Of a stretch of 64,000 nucleotides of DNA, positions 9,501 through 18,570 are shown piece by piece; position 1 is the stretch's first letter; each line of letters opens with the position of its first letter. Below the pieces are notes generated by a model. The model did not search any database. It was given only the letters and a program-made list of their open reading frames with translations, and had not been told where the DNA came from. Location of the stretch: positions 2,080,001 through 2,144,000 of the forward strand of contig OZ245777.1 of NCBI GenBank assembly GCA_965227775.1, written 5' to 3'. Both the position numbers and the translations under genes were made by a program. Origin of the DNA: Phycisphaerales bacterium (GTDB lineage Bacteria > Planctomycetota > Phycisphaerae > Phycisphaerales > UBA1924).

Positions 9501-12500
9501 CAACGACGAGGTTCCGAACCTGTGGGATCGCGACGACCGTCCCGGTACCCGGATGTCGCTGGTGCTGAGCCCCGATTTCTTGCCCGGCGCACAGACCTTC
9601 GTCAACGTTTACGACTCTTCGTTCCGCCTGATCTACTCCAACGACACGATCGCGCCGCCATTCCCCGACCCTGCAGGCGCCTTCGATCCGTCGATCCAGA
9701 CGCCGCAGTTCGGTGCGGACGGTCTGGTCATCGACATCGGCGACGGCCAGGAGTCGCAGTTCTGGGCCGGCGAGACCTACTACCTCGAGATCAGCTCGGT
9801 CGGCGGCAATGGACGATACAGCTTCTCGCTGACCACCGACGCGTTCCCACCCGACATCGATGGTGACGGCACATTCGACGATGTGATCAGCCAGTACTTC
9901 GAGCCGGGCGGTGCCGACTTGGTCCGCGCAGAGTTCGACGCGGCTCCCGAGATCGTGCTGGGTTCGACGACGTCCGGCGACGGCCGCAACTTCCTTGGTC
10001 TGCCCAACGCGGCATTCCAAGTGCGCCAGTACGACGTGTCGCCGAGCGGCTTCCTGGTCACCCAATACCAGGAGCTGGGTGTCATCGAGCGAATCGAAGA
10101 CTTCGACATCTACTTCTTCCGCGCGCCAGACAACGGCATGACCGAGATCCGCCTGGCGACGCAGCAGATCACCGATGAATTCGTCGAGGACATCCTCGAT
10201 CTCAACGTCTTCCCGCCGGCACTCGATCGCCGAATCGAGAACAAGACCTACGACAGCCCGCTGGATGGCAAGATCCGCGTGTTCAACAACGACTTGCAGC
10301 TCCTGGCGACCAACAACGACAACGAGGGCTTCTCTGGCGTCCGCCAGCAGCAGCCAATCGGTACGCTCGATCTTGATGGCGACACCCTGTACGGCCTCGG
10401 TGACACCGAGATCGACGGCCGCATCTTCAACAACGTCGACCCCCGCGTTGTGGTGCCCACCGTGCGCGGTGAGGTCTACTTCATCGTGGTCGAGAGTGGC
10501 CAGCTCGAGAGCTTCGAGACAAACCCCGATCTGGTCGATTGGCGTCGCGCCATCGGTTCGTACGAGCTGCTCATCAACAGCTCGCCCAACCTCGAATTCG
10601 CCGACGATCACCAGGACTTCAGCGCGACGTTCTTCGACTTCTACACGTACGACACCCCGCTGGCCGTGGACGACATGGGCCAGGGCGAGATTCGCGGCGA
10701 GATCCGCACCCGCTCGGGCGGCGTAGACGACAACGACGGCTTCTTCGCCTACGCCGTGGGCACGGGCGATATCACCGTCACGGTCGGCGCCGATGTGCCC
10801 ACCGAGTTCCAGCCGCGCGTCACGATCTACGACAGCCAAGGCAACATCCGCGTGAGCCCGACCACGGCCACCCAGGAGGCCCCCGCTGAGGTGACCTTCT
10901 TCGCCAACAAGGGCGATCGGTACATCATCCGCGTTGACGCGAACGTTGGCCAGCAGGGTGGCTACACCGTCGAGGTCGATGGCGCGCCGGCCGGCGATGA
11001 CTTCGCCGACTCGCACCGCCCGATCGATGCGACCGAGATCGAGATTCTCGACTTCCAGGGCCTCGGCCAGATCTCCGGTCTGATCGACAACCCCGGCGAT
11101 ACCGACATCTTCCGCTTCTCGACGCCGGGCTACGACGAGCTGACCATCGATGTGCAGTCGACCAGCTTCGGCTTCGATCCGCTCTTCCGCGTGTTCGAGG
11201 TCAGCGAGGACCCGGCCGGCAACCAGATCTTCCTGCAAATCGCGTTCAACGACAACATCAACCCCGGCACGGTCAACGCTCGTGCGACGTTCCCGATTAC
11301 CGGTGCCGATCGCACGTCGGGCGCCACGATGCGCACCTACAACGACTATTACATCGTCGTCGAGGGTGCAGACCCGCAGGCTTCGACCGGCTCGTACGAC
11401 CTGTTGATTACCGCGACGCCGACCGACGACCACGCCGACGAGGACGAGTTCCCATTCGCCTCGCCGCTCCCCGTCCTGCCGGCTACCGGCCAGGGTGAGC
11501 GTTCGGGTGTCATCGAGGACAGCAACGACACCGACCTATTCGTCTTCACCGCTCCCGGTGGCGGCGAGGCCCTCCTGTCGGTCGTCAGCAACGAGATGAG
11601 CACATTGCGGCCCACCATCCGCGTGTTCGACTCGGAGTTCAACCCCGTCATCAACCTGACGACGGGCACCGACGCCACCGTTACGGGCCCCGACGCCCTG
11701 TTCTCGGCGGCGAGCTTCCGCTTCGACGTAACACGTCAGGCCCAGTACTACGTGCTCATCGGCAGCGACGGCACCGGTGCGGTCACGACCGACACGGGTT
11801 CCTATTCGCTCAACGCGACCACACCGACGGCCGACGAGACGCCCAACGAGGGTGAGTTCGAGATCGCCCGCGAGATCGCCCTTTCGACCGAGACCGGCGA
11901 TGGCGTCGCGTCCGGCATCATCGGCACGGTCAACGACACCGACCTCTTCTTCTTCGACACCATCGTCGATGCATCGCCCGCGCCGCAGCAGCACGTGGTT
12001 CGTGTCGATGCTTCGGGCGAGATGGTCACGCCGGTGCTGAGCGTGTTCGACTCCGGCACCAGCCTGCTCACGCAGATCATCGACGGTGGCACGGGCGACC
12101 TCGCGCCGGAGGCCGGAATCATCGAGACAAACATCGTCGCGACGGGCATGCCCGGCGAGCGGTTCTTCCTCCTGGTCGAACTCGACGACACGAGCATGTT
12201 CCCGACTGGCGCGTACGCCGTGACCATCGATGGCCCGATCCCCGACGTGGTGCCTACGCCGGGCGACGATCACGCCAACGAGGGCCAGTTCAGCCAGGCG
12301 ACGGTCATCGAGCTCGATGAGCGGACCGGCAACGCCGAACTCACCGGTCGCATCGATCCTTCGCGGGACAGCGATCTCTTCCGCATCAACCCGCTCGATG
12401 GCGGCCGAACCTTTGTCCAGGTCGTGACGCCTTCCGGCAGCCTGCTCGATGTGGACCTTACCGTCTTCGAGGAGTTCGGTGGCGGCGGTACCCCGGTACG

Positions 12501-14001
12501 GATCGCCAGGGACACGACCGGTTTCCAGGGCGTGGACGCCTCGGTCGAATTTGACATCGTCGGCGCCGGTACGCCGTACTACCTGCTCGTCAGCGGCCTG
12601 AACTCCGCGACCGGTGAGTACACGCTGCGTATCGACACCCAGCCCGAGACCTTCTTCCTGTATTACCCCGAGGGCTTCGTCAACGAGTCGATCAGCGAGT
12701 TCGTCTCGATCAGCAACCCGAGCCAGAGCCAGTCGGTCAGCTACACGATCCGCTTGTTCTACGAGAACCCCGACCTCGACGACATGACGATCGTCGAGAA
12801 CGAGACACTCGCCCCGGGCAGCCGTGGTGGCGTGACCATCGCCGAGCGGGGCAACTTCGTCCTGCCAGGCGTCGCTGTCAACGAGCCGTACTCGATCGTG
12901 ATCGAGTCGGACGGCCAGCTTGGTGCGACGCTCTCGCACTACGACTTCGAGGGTGCCGTGGGCGAGGCCTTCACCCCAGTGACCAGCGAGACGTGGGCCT
13001 TCGGCCGCCTCGAGCGGAGCCCGGGTCAGGTCGAGTCCTTCGTCGTCTTCTTTAACCCCAACGACCACGACGTCGTCGTGACGCTCAGCGCGTTCGTTGG
13101 CACGACCGAGGTGCAGATCCAGCAGACCGTCGAGGCCAGCAGCCGCGGCGGCTGGGAACTCAGCGGCCTCGGACAGCTGCCCATCGGCGTCTTCGGCGCC
13201 ACGCTCACCAGCGAGCCGGTCGATGGCTCCATCACCGACAGCATGGGCATCGTGGCGGCTCTCAGCCAGTACGATCTGGTTAACGGCGAGGCGTTCGGCG
13301 TGCTCGGCGATCCGTCGGGTGGTGCGACCTTCAACGTTGTGCCGACCTTCACTTCGGGCTCGGAGGTCACGGCTGAACTCGTGCTCTTCAACCCAGGTGA
13401 TGCGGCTACCTCGGTCACGATCACCAGCGATTACATCACCGCGCCCCTGCCCAACGTGCAGGTGACGCGTGAGATCGGTGCGGGTCAGACCGTCGTCCTT
13501 CGAGCGGCCGACCTCAGCCTCGCGGGCGATGTGGCCGCAGGCCTGACCATCGAGTCAACCCTGCCGCTGGCGGGTGTCGCGCTCGAGCGTCAGAATGGCG
13601 ATGCGAACGCGATCGCTACACAGAACACGGCCGCCTCGACGTGGTTCTTCGGCGATGCCTTCCTCAACAGCGAGGAAGCCGGCCTGACCTACTTCGAGAC
13701 GCTCAGCTTCTTCAACCCCACCAGCGAGTCGATCGCGATCGAGATTACGCTCTTCTTCAACGATGGCACCACCGCCAACACGGTCCGCCAGGTTGGCGCG
13801 GGCAGCTTCAACAACCTTCGCTTGGACACCTTCGCCCCGATCATCGATCGCCAGATGCTCAACTTCTTCTCGATCCAGTTGAGCTCGAACCTGCCGCTCA
13901 TCGCGTCGCTGACGCACTACGACCTGGTCCTCGACGGTGGCTGGACCAACGCCGGTGCGCCTCTCGGCCTGACCAACCCGCTCGATCGCATCATCACCTG
14001 A
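6556..14001 (+). CDS. Giant planctomycete extracellular/surface protein (LEPR-XLL leader, repeated PPC-like beta-sandwiches, beta-propeller-like repeats)
   Basis: LEQLESRILLG motif, repeated DDH(A/V/Q)D...DTDLF(R/V)F units and GG(E/D)FT repeats. Very acidic, with strongly GC3-biased codons. Confidence 0.85.
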   Translation: MSGQRTGSPRHAKSPFGLGRLRSLYRSAGKALGEPRATEPEGTGQILEQLESRILLGGDHPSFELPLTPTSGTEIVLDGVTGEGTVDGEIEDITMSLADDLFRFDAPQTDFVTVWADTINVVGGSALDSRVEIYDIDGALVAQGSSQGELSDGLFSDGWAGFLAEGGETYFIRVLSDVDNAGQMTTGEYTVRVDAITNTDLVIETDPMPTPPARFGAGFASGSITLVGDDVVYRVEAGSDDAFNSLATFYAALPAMLPSDLDTRVDVYDEQGRFLTGDSDTGRLLTGFDIVESAADAVFFVRVRSDRFDAGDTRSTGAYQINAEMAAAEIDIDPVIRRGQTTDAIASAFDTRIYRFTTQGSGLSFVGAIGTGLVPLPEPAVRLYDSNADLDGFSDLAGIADLQIQLEGNTEYFVVVETFDNPPGGQYDLLIESNHTFLPNQEIDDHVDRLEGNDPDGEPIEFSPTEGYTNPDQFDFVRRQFELATPLRFSDPFLYTRTFVDPNGMFPDVVNPVADRSYVQQALGTGRIHSFGDTDLFQFTVPLDMLGDYAGDNDDVGDALFAGGQGDFIIKGTDNDTGGPITRSFLGVWDAQDWWPVRAGVDMEIYAMESWTYDPDADVGGTALILGGEFQFADFQAAPFVAAYAYDPTPGVEEFVLTPLAGGLDGAVYDFGVFDLDPDDDIESQLIVAGEFTGGIRSYTVQPGDFISAGVFAPLPIATFASEYYAIEVFDPADPEMGDENPESLWFGGTGWLEELIVDDMGPRAGAFFEIEQGAGDGVVLDLKSFEIPPPPVGMGEATEGLVVGGTFDGVEGFAVSNVFFIEGDAGAMAPGAFILDDMGGGVNDTVRALEAWDRDGSGTDLFDEIIVGGDFTATAGGQPLNFIGSYAGAWASLGSALPAGGPVDFNAPVHSLNVFIDGEFGVGTAPFAENPVLYAGGEFTVADGSPIGRIGGLTFDTTLLVWTWTPLGFGSTDTVFALENFNDEVPNLWDRDDRPGTRMSLVLSPDFLPGAQTFVNVYDSSFRLIYSNDTIAPPFPDPAGAFDPSIQTPQFGADGLVIDIGDGQESQFWAGETYYLEISSVGGNGRYSFSLTTDAFPPDIDGDGTFDDVISQYFEPGGADLVRAEFDAAPEIVLGSTTSGDGRNFLGLPNAAFQVRQYDVSPSGFLVTQYQELGVIERIEDFDIYFFRAPDNGMTEIRLATQQITDEFVEDILDLNVFPPALDRRIENKTYDSPLDGKIRVFNNDLQLLATNNDNEGFSGVRQQQPIGTLDLDGDTLYGLGDTEIDGRIFNNVDPRVVVPTVRGEVYFIVVESGQLESFETNPDLVDWRRAIGSYELLINSSPNLEFADDHQDFSATFFDFYTYDTPLAVDDMGQGEIRGEIRTRSGGVDDNDGFFAYAVGTGDITVTVGADVPTEFQPRVTIYDSQGNIRVSPTTATQEAPAEVTFFANKGDRYIIRVDANVGQQGGYTVEVDGAPAGDDFADSHRPIDATEIEILDFQGLGQISGLIDNPGDTDIFRFSTPGYDELTIDVQSTSFGFDPLFRVFEVSEDPAGNQIFLQIAFNDNINPGTVNARATFPITGADRTSGATMRTYNDYYIVVEGADPQASTGSYDLLITATPTDDHADEDEFPFASPLPVLPATGQGERSGVIEDSNDTDLFVFTAPGGGEALLSVVSNEMSTLRPTIRVFDSEFNPVINLTTGTDATVTGPDALFSAASFRFDVTRQAQYYVLIGSDGTGAVTTDTGSYSLNATTPTADETPNEGEFEIAREIALSTETGDGVASGIIGTVNDTDLFFFDTIVDASPAPQQHVVRVDASGEMVTPVLSVFDSGTSLLTQIIDGGTGDLAPEAGIIETNIVATGMPGERFFLLVELDDTSMFPTGAYAVTIDGPIPDVVPTPGDDHANEGQFSQATVIELDERTGNAELTGRIDPSRDSDLFRINPLDGGRTFVQVVTPSGSLLDVDLTVFEEFGGGGTPVRIARDTTGFQGVDASVEFDIVGAGTPYYLLVSGLNSATGEYTLRIDTQPETFFLYYPEGFVNESISEFVSISNPSQSQSVSYTIRLFYENPDLDDMTIVENETLAPGSRGGVTIAERGNFVLPGVAVNEPYSIVIESDGQLGATLSHYDFEGAVGEAFTPVTSETWAFGRLERSPGQVESFVVFFNPNDHDVVVTLSAFVGTTEVQIQQTVEASSRGGWELSGLGQLPIGVFGATLTSEPVDGSITDSMGIVAALSQYDLVNGEAFGVLGDPSGGATFNVVPTFTSGSEVTAELVLFNPGDAATSVTITSDYITAPLPNVQVTREIGAGQTVVLRAADLSLAGDVAAGLTIESTLPLAGVALERQNGDANAIATQNTAASTWFFGDAFLNSEEAGLTYFETLSFFNPTSESIAIEITLFFNDGTTANTVRQVGAGSFNNLRLDTFAPIIDRQMLNFFSIQLSSNLPLIASLTHYDLVLDGGWTNAGAPLGLTNPLDRIIT

Positions 14002-14039
14002 TGCGGCCGACGCAGCGACGTGAAGCCGCATGAAAGATC

Positions 14040-14070
14040 AACGCCCCCGGGTTCGCTCGGGGGCGTTTTC
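14040..14070 (+). terminator. Rho-independent terminator after the giant surface protein gene
   Basis: AACGCCCCCG-loop-CGGGGGCGTT hairpin running into a T tract. Confidence 0.75.
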
Positions 14071-14095
14071 CTTGGCGGTGCGTAGTTGTGCCGAC

Positions 14096-14632
14096 TCAGG
14101 GTACAGGTCGGCGGACGTCACGCGGCGGCGACTTGGGCGCTTCGTTCTCGGGCTCGCCCGACGCGATCGGGAAGCCTGCGTCGGACCACTCGATGACGCC
14201 GCCGCCAAAGAGCCGGGCCTGGTCGTAGCCAATCACGAGCAGGCGCTTGGTCATCGCCCGGCCCGACAGCGCGCCCGGGCCATCTGCGTACACCACGATG
14301 TGCTCGAACTGGTTGACGTTGGGGTCCACGCGATCACGCTCTGCGAGGTCCGGCAGCGTTACGTGCAGTGCCCCGGGCAGGCGGGAGTCTTCAAAGGCGG
14401 CCCGTCGGCGGGGATCGATCAGCATGAGGAGAGGCTCGTCGGGATTCTCTTGCTGCTCGAGCCAGAGCAGCCGTAGTTCCGTCAGGGAGATGTTCTTGAT
14501 GTCCGCGTCCGTGATGCCCGAATTGCACCCGCCTACGCACGCAGACACGAGCGCGAGCCCGACAACGAGGCGACGGGCTGAGCTGGATCGGCCGTCATAG
14601 CGGGTGAAGACTCTTCGGCCAGTTCGGGGCAT
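14096..14632 (-). CDS. Rhodanese-like domain lipoprotein (start uncertain)
   Basis: Signal peptide ending VGGC, then LIDPRRRAAFEDSRLPGA, IVVYAD and LFGGGVIEWSDAGFP. Confidence 0.75.
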   Translation of the reverse strand: MPRTGRRVFTRYDGRSSSARRLVVGLALVSACVGGCNSGITDADIKNISLTELRLLWLEQQENPDEPLLMLIDPRRRAAFEDSRLPGALHVTLPDLAERDRVDPNVNQFEHIVVYADGPGALSGRAMTKRLLVIGYDQARLFGGGVIEWSDAGFPIASGEPENEAPKSPPRDVRRPVP

Positions 14633-14697
14633 CCTGTATCCTTGCCTTCGCTTTCCGCGACGATGGGAAATATCGTCCGGGGCAGACACGTTATGCG

Positions 14698-15654
14698 GTG
14701 ATCATCCGTGCGGGACAGCCGTGGGAGGTGCGCTTGCTCAGAGAGACCGCCATCGTCGTCGCAGCAGCCGCCCTGGCATGTGTCAGCCGGTCCGCCCAAG
14801 CCCAGGACGCCAGCGACGTGTCCGAGGCCTCCCTCATCGCTGAGTCAGTTCAGGTGGCCCCTGGTACCACCGTGCTGTTGGGGCTCCACTTCGAGCTCGC
14901 GGACGGCTGGCACATCTACTGGAATGGTCGCAACGACACAGGCTTTGCGCCCGAGGTCGACTGGGCGCTTCCCGAGGGCGTCGCGGTCGGCCCGCTCTTG
15001 TGGCCGGCTCCAGAGCGATACATCTCGCCCGGCGACATCCTCGATCACGTGTACGAGGGCAACCCGACCATTCTGGTGCCCGTCACCATCTCAGCGGACG
15101 CAGCGCCCGGCTCCACGCTCTCGATCTCCGGCGAAGCCGAGTGGCTGGTGTGCAAGGAACTCTGTCTGCCCGGCTTCGGCCCGATCTCTATCGATCTGAC
15201 AGTGGGCGAGGCATCGACAACGCGGGCAGCACCCCTTTCCCGCGCTTCGGACATTGGCGAGGCCGCAACGCGATTGCCCGAGCCAGTAGCTGCTGCGACG
15301 CAGCCCGAATCGTTCACGGTGGCATGGACGGCGGAAGCCGTCACCGTTCGAGCTGCCGGGTCGAGGTCGGTGGAGTTCTATCCGGCACTGTCCTCAACGC
15401 CACTTGCGAACACGCTTGCAGACGCGCAGGCCAAGGGCGACACGATGCGCCTCCGCCTCGCCTCCGAGTCTCGCGGCATGCAGACCAATGACGAGCGGCG
15501 GCTCGTAGGCGTGCTCGCGATTGAGTCTGCCTCTGGCGTGAAGAACTGGTACCAAATCGACTCGGGGCCGGACGGCTTTCGTACCCCGGAAAACTCAGAG
15601 CTGGTTTCACGTGTCCGCCAGCGCGTTGGCAACCCTGCCGACGACGGCGGCTGA
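14698..15654 (+). CDS. Exported protein with DsbD N-terminal (protein-disulfide reductase) domain
   Basis: Signal peptide ending AQA, then LADGWHIYW, WPAPER and WLVCKELCLPG. Start uncertain. Confidence 0.8.
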   Translation: MIIRAGQPWEVRLLRETAIVVAAAALACVSRSAQAQDASDVSEASLIAESVQVAPGTTVLLGLHFELADGWHIYWNGRNDTGFAPEVDWALPEGVAVGPLLWPAPERYISPGDILDHVYEGNPTILVPVTISADAAPGSTLSISGEAEWLVCKELCLPGFGPISIDLTVGEASTTRAAPLSRASDIGEAATRLPEPVAAATQPESFTVAWTAEAVTVRAAGSRSVEFYPALSSTPLANTLADAQAKGDTMRLRLASESRGMQTNDERRLVGVLAIESASGVKNWYQIDSGPDGFRTPENSELVSRVRQRVGNPADDGG

Positions 15655-15709
15655 AGACTCATCCTGCATTCACGGTCGCAAGAGCGGCCACTAGGAAAGG
15701 AGCCCTTCC

Positions 15710-16381
15710 ATGGGTTGGTTCAAACGAAACGGCATGGCAATGGTCGGTACGGTCGCGGCGATGACGGCGGCAACGAGCCTGTCGGTGGCGCTCGCCGGCC
15801 AGAACGGCAACATGAACGGGCAGATGGCCAGCCAGGGCGTGACCGCTGGCGAGAAGGCCCCGATGTTCACCCTCAAGGACACCGAGGGCAAGGAGCACAG
15901 CCTTAAGGACGTGTTGGCCAAGGACAGCACGAAGGCCGTGGTCATCGAGTGGTTCAACCCCGACTGCCCCTTTGTCAAGAAGCACCACGACAACGCGACC
16001 ACCATGACCGACCTGGCCAAGAACCACAAGAACGACGGCGTCGTGTGGATGGCCATCAACTCGGGCGCCGAAGGCAAGCAGGGGGCCGGCATCGATCGCA
16101 ACAAGAAGGCGATCGAGCAGTACAGCATCAACTACCCCGTGCTGATGGACATGGATGGCAAGGTTGGCAAGGCCTACGGCGCGAAGCGCACGCCCGAGAT
16201 GTATGTCATCGCCAAGGACGGCACGATCGTCTATCACGGGGCGATCGATAGCGACCGAAGCCCGCGCAACATGGGCGAGATCAACTACGTCGCAGACGCG
16301 CTGAAGGCCCACCTGGCCGGCGAGACCGTCGCCACCCAGCGGACGCAGGCCTACGGCTGCTCGGTGAAGTACAGCAACTGA
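15710..16381 (+). CDS. Exported redoxin (AhpC/TSA, thioredoxin-like) protein
   Basis: APMFTLKDTEGKEHSL, EWFNPDCPFV, YGAKRTPE, YHGAID and C-terminal YGCSVKY. Confidence 0.9.
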   Translation: MGWFKRNGMAMVGTVAAMTAATSLSVALAGQNGNMNGQMASQGVTAGEKAPMFTLKDTEGKEHSLKDVLAKDSTKAVVIEWFNPDCPFVKKHHDNATTMTDLAKNHKNDGVVWMAINSGAEGKQGAGIDRNKKAIEQYSINYPVLMDMDGKVGKAYGAKRTPEMYVIAKDGTIVYHGAIDSDRSPRNMGEINYVADALKAHLAGETVATQRTQAYGCSVKYSN

Positions 16382-16479
16382 TCGTTTCTGCTTGTGCCCT
16401 TCGCCCGGGCCGGCGTTGACGCGCCCGCCCGGGCTTTGCTACAGGCGGCCCCCGCCTGCGCCCGATCTACTATTCGGAC

Positions 16480-18567
16480 ATGGCCCAACTCCTCCCCATG
16501 CTCTCCACGCTGTTCGACCTGCTCCTCGTGGTTGTGGGCTTCGGGCTCATCATCGTCATCCACGAGCTCGGCCACTTTGTGGCGGCCCGTTGGGCCGGCA
16601 TTCGCGTGTTTGCGTTCGCCGTGGGCTTCGGGCCGGCGCTGTTCAGCTACCGCAAGGGCATCGGCCTTCGTCGTGGCAGCAGCGAGCCCACCTACAGGGC
16701 CATGCTGGCCGATCGAGGCCTGACCGTTCACGATGAGCCGCCAACGGACGTCAGCCCGACCGAGTATCGCCTGAATTGGCTGCCCTTCGGCGGCTACGTC
16801 AAGATGCTGGGCCAGGAAGATGCGAATCCTGGGGCCGTCAGCCATGCGCCCGATAGCTACCAGACGTGCCACCCCGCGAAGCGGCTCGTCGTCATCTCTG
16901 CGGGCGTCGTCGCGAACGTCGTGCTCGCAGCGTTCATCTTCATGTTCGTGTTCATGGTGGGCCTGAAGACCGAGCCGCCACGGCTGGGAGTGGTCGCGTC
17001 GAACGGGCCGGCCGCGGCCGCGGTTCCCGCCGATCCATCGATCGTGCCGGCGGGGCTCGCGTCGGGCGACACGGTGCTTCGGATCAACGGCCGTGAGGCG
17101 CGCAGCTTCAACGACCTCATGCTCGCAACCGCCATGGCAACACCCGGCAAGCCGCTCGACGTCCTCGTCCAGCGCGATGGCTTCGACGAGCCATTGCGGT
17201 TCGAGGTCCAGCCACGCAAGAGCGAACTGACGAATCTGCAGGACATCGGTGTCTCGCCTGCGCGCTCAACGGCGGTCTTCGACGACGGCGGCGATCGTGC
17301 ATCCTTCGACCGGGTCATGGAGCAGATCGAGCTCGACGGCGTTTCCCCTGGTTCGACCCTCGCCTCGGTCGCGATCGAAGGCGAATCGCCTGAGTCGATC
17401 GAAGACTCGGGTGAGCTGGCCAGTGTCTTCGCAGCATCGGATGGCAGGGCTGTCGAGCTGGTCTTCGAGCAAGGCGACACATCCCACCGCGCCATACTGG
17501 AGCCTCGCCCGGTGTACCAAGAGGCCATGGTCAAGATGCCCTCCGGGGCCCAGTCGCCGCAGACGCACCTGCTCGGGCTTACCCCGGTCATGACCGTGGC
17601 CGAGCTCGATGAGTCGGCGCGCGGTTACGAGCAGGGCCTCCGCACGGGTGATGTGTTCGCCCGCCTGGGCTCGGTGGAGTATCCCAGCATCACCGCTGGT
17701 ATCGCCGAGATCAAGCGGCGCGCGGGAGAAGACATCCCCATCGTCGTACTGCGCGATGGCAAGCAGGTCGAGCTCACCGCCAGTGTCCAACGAGACGGGA
17801 CCATCGGTTTCTTCCCGTCCCAAGACCTCGAATCGGCTCGCGTATCGCTCTCGCCAGCGTCGCTCAAGGCGCCGGCGGCGATCGATCGACCGGGCGTGCG
17901 CATCATCTCGATCGCCGGCCAGCCGGTCTCCAGCTTCGCCGACATCCGTGCGGCATTCATTGAGGCAACAACCACCGCGTTTTCAACGAAGACCGAAGCG
18001 CAGGTCGACATCATCGTGCAACTGCCAGACGCTGAAGCCACCGAGCGGTCGCGCACGCTCTCGCTCTCGAGCGAGCAGGTCGACGAACTGCACGGCCTGA
18101 GCTTCGGTCCGCCGCCCGGCCTTCTGAGCATCTTCCGACCCGCCGAATTCACGCTGAAGGCCGAGGGGCCGATCGACGCCATTGGCGTGGGGCTTGCCGA
18201 AACCCACCGCGTGATGATGATGACCTACCTCACGTTCGCCCGCCTTGTGCAGGGCAGCGTGAAGGTCGAGCACCTCAAGGGCCCCGTTGGTATCGCCCAC
18301 CTGGGGACGCGCGTGGCCGACCGCGGCATCATCTGGCTTCTCTTCTTCATGGCGCTCATCAGCGTGAACCTGGCGGTCGTCAACTTCCTGCCGTTGCCAA
18401 TCGTCGACGGCGGACAGTTCCTGTTTATCCTGTTCGAGTGGGCCCGCGGCAAGCCGGTGCCCGAGGCCATCCAGAGCTTCGCGACTGTCGTGGGGCTGCT
18501 GTTGATCGGAGCGGCGTTCCTTCTCGTCACGTTCAACGACATCCGCAACGTCTTCACCGGGCTCTGA
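16480..18567 (+). CDS. rseP: Site-2 protease RseP (M50) with PDZ domains
   Basis: HELGH zinc motif, LPFGGYVKMLGQ, AGVVAN, GPVGIA and NFLPLPIVDGG. Confidence 0.93.
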   Translation: MAQLLPMLSTLFDLLLVVVGFGLIIVIHELGHFVAARWAGIRVFAFAVGFGPALFSYRKGIGLRRGSSEPTYRAMLADRGLTVHDEPPTDVSPTEYRLNWLPFGGYVKMLGQEDANPGAVSHAPDSYQTCHPAKRLVVISAGVVANVVLAAFIFMFVFMVGLKTEPPRLGVVASNGPAAAAVPADPSIVPAGLASGDTVLRINGREARSFNDLMLATAMATPGKPLDVLVQRDGFDEPLRFEVQPRKSELTNLQDIGVSPARSTAVFDDGGDRASFDRVMEQIELDGVSPGSTLASVAIEGESPESIEDSGELASVFAASDGRAVELVFEQGDTSHRAILEPRPVYQEAMVKMPSGAQSPQTHLLGLTPVMTVAELDESARGYEQGLRTGDVFARLGSVEYPSITAGIAEIKRRAGEDIPIVVLRDGKQVELTASVQRDGTIGFFPSQDLESARVSLSPASLKAPAAIDRPGVRIISIAGQPVSSFADIRAAFIEATTTAFSTKTEAQVDIIVQLPDAEATERSRTLSLSSEQVDELHGLSFGPPPGLLSIFRPAEFTLKAEGPIDAIGVGLAETHRVMMMTYLTFARLVQGSVKVEHLKGPVGIAHLGTRVADRGIIWLLFFMALISVNLAVVNFLPLPIVDGGQFLFILFEWARGKPVPEAIQSFATVVGLLLIGAAFLLVTFNDIRNVFTGL

Positions 18568-18570
18568 TCG

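Noticed and set aside
6190..13068. Long minus-strand ORFs (757, 733 and 510 aa) opposite the giant surface protein
   Set aside because: Antisense shadows caused by strong GC3 bias. The translations are V/D/R/G-rich with no motifs.
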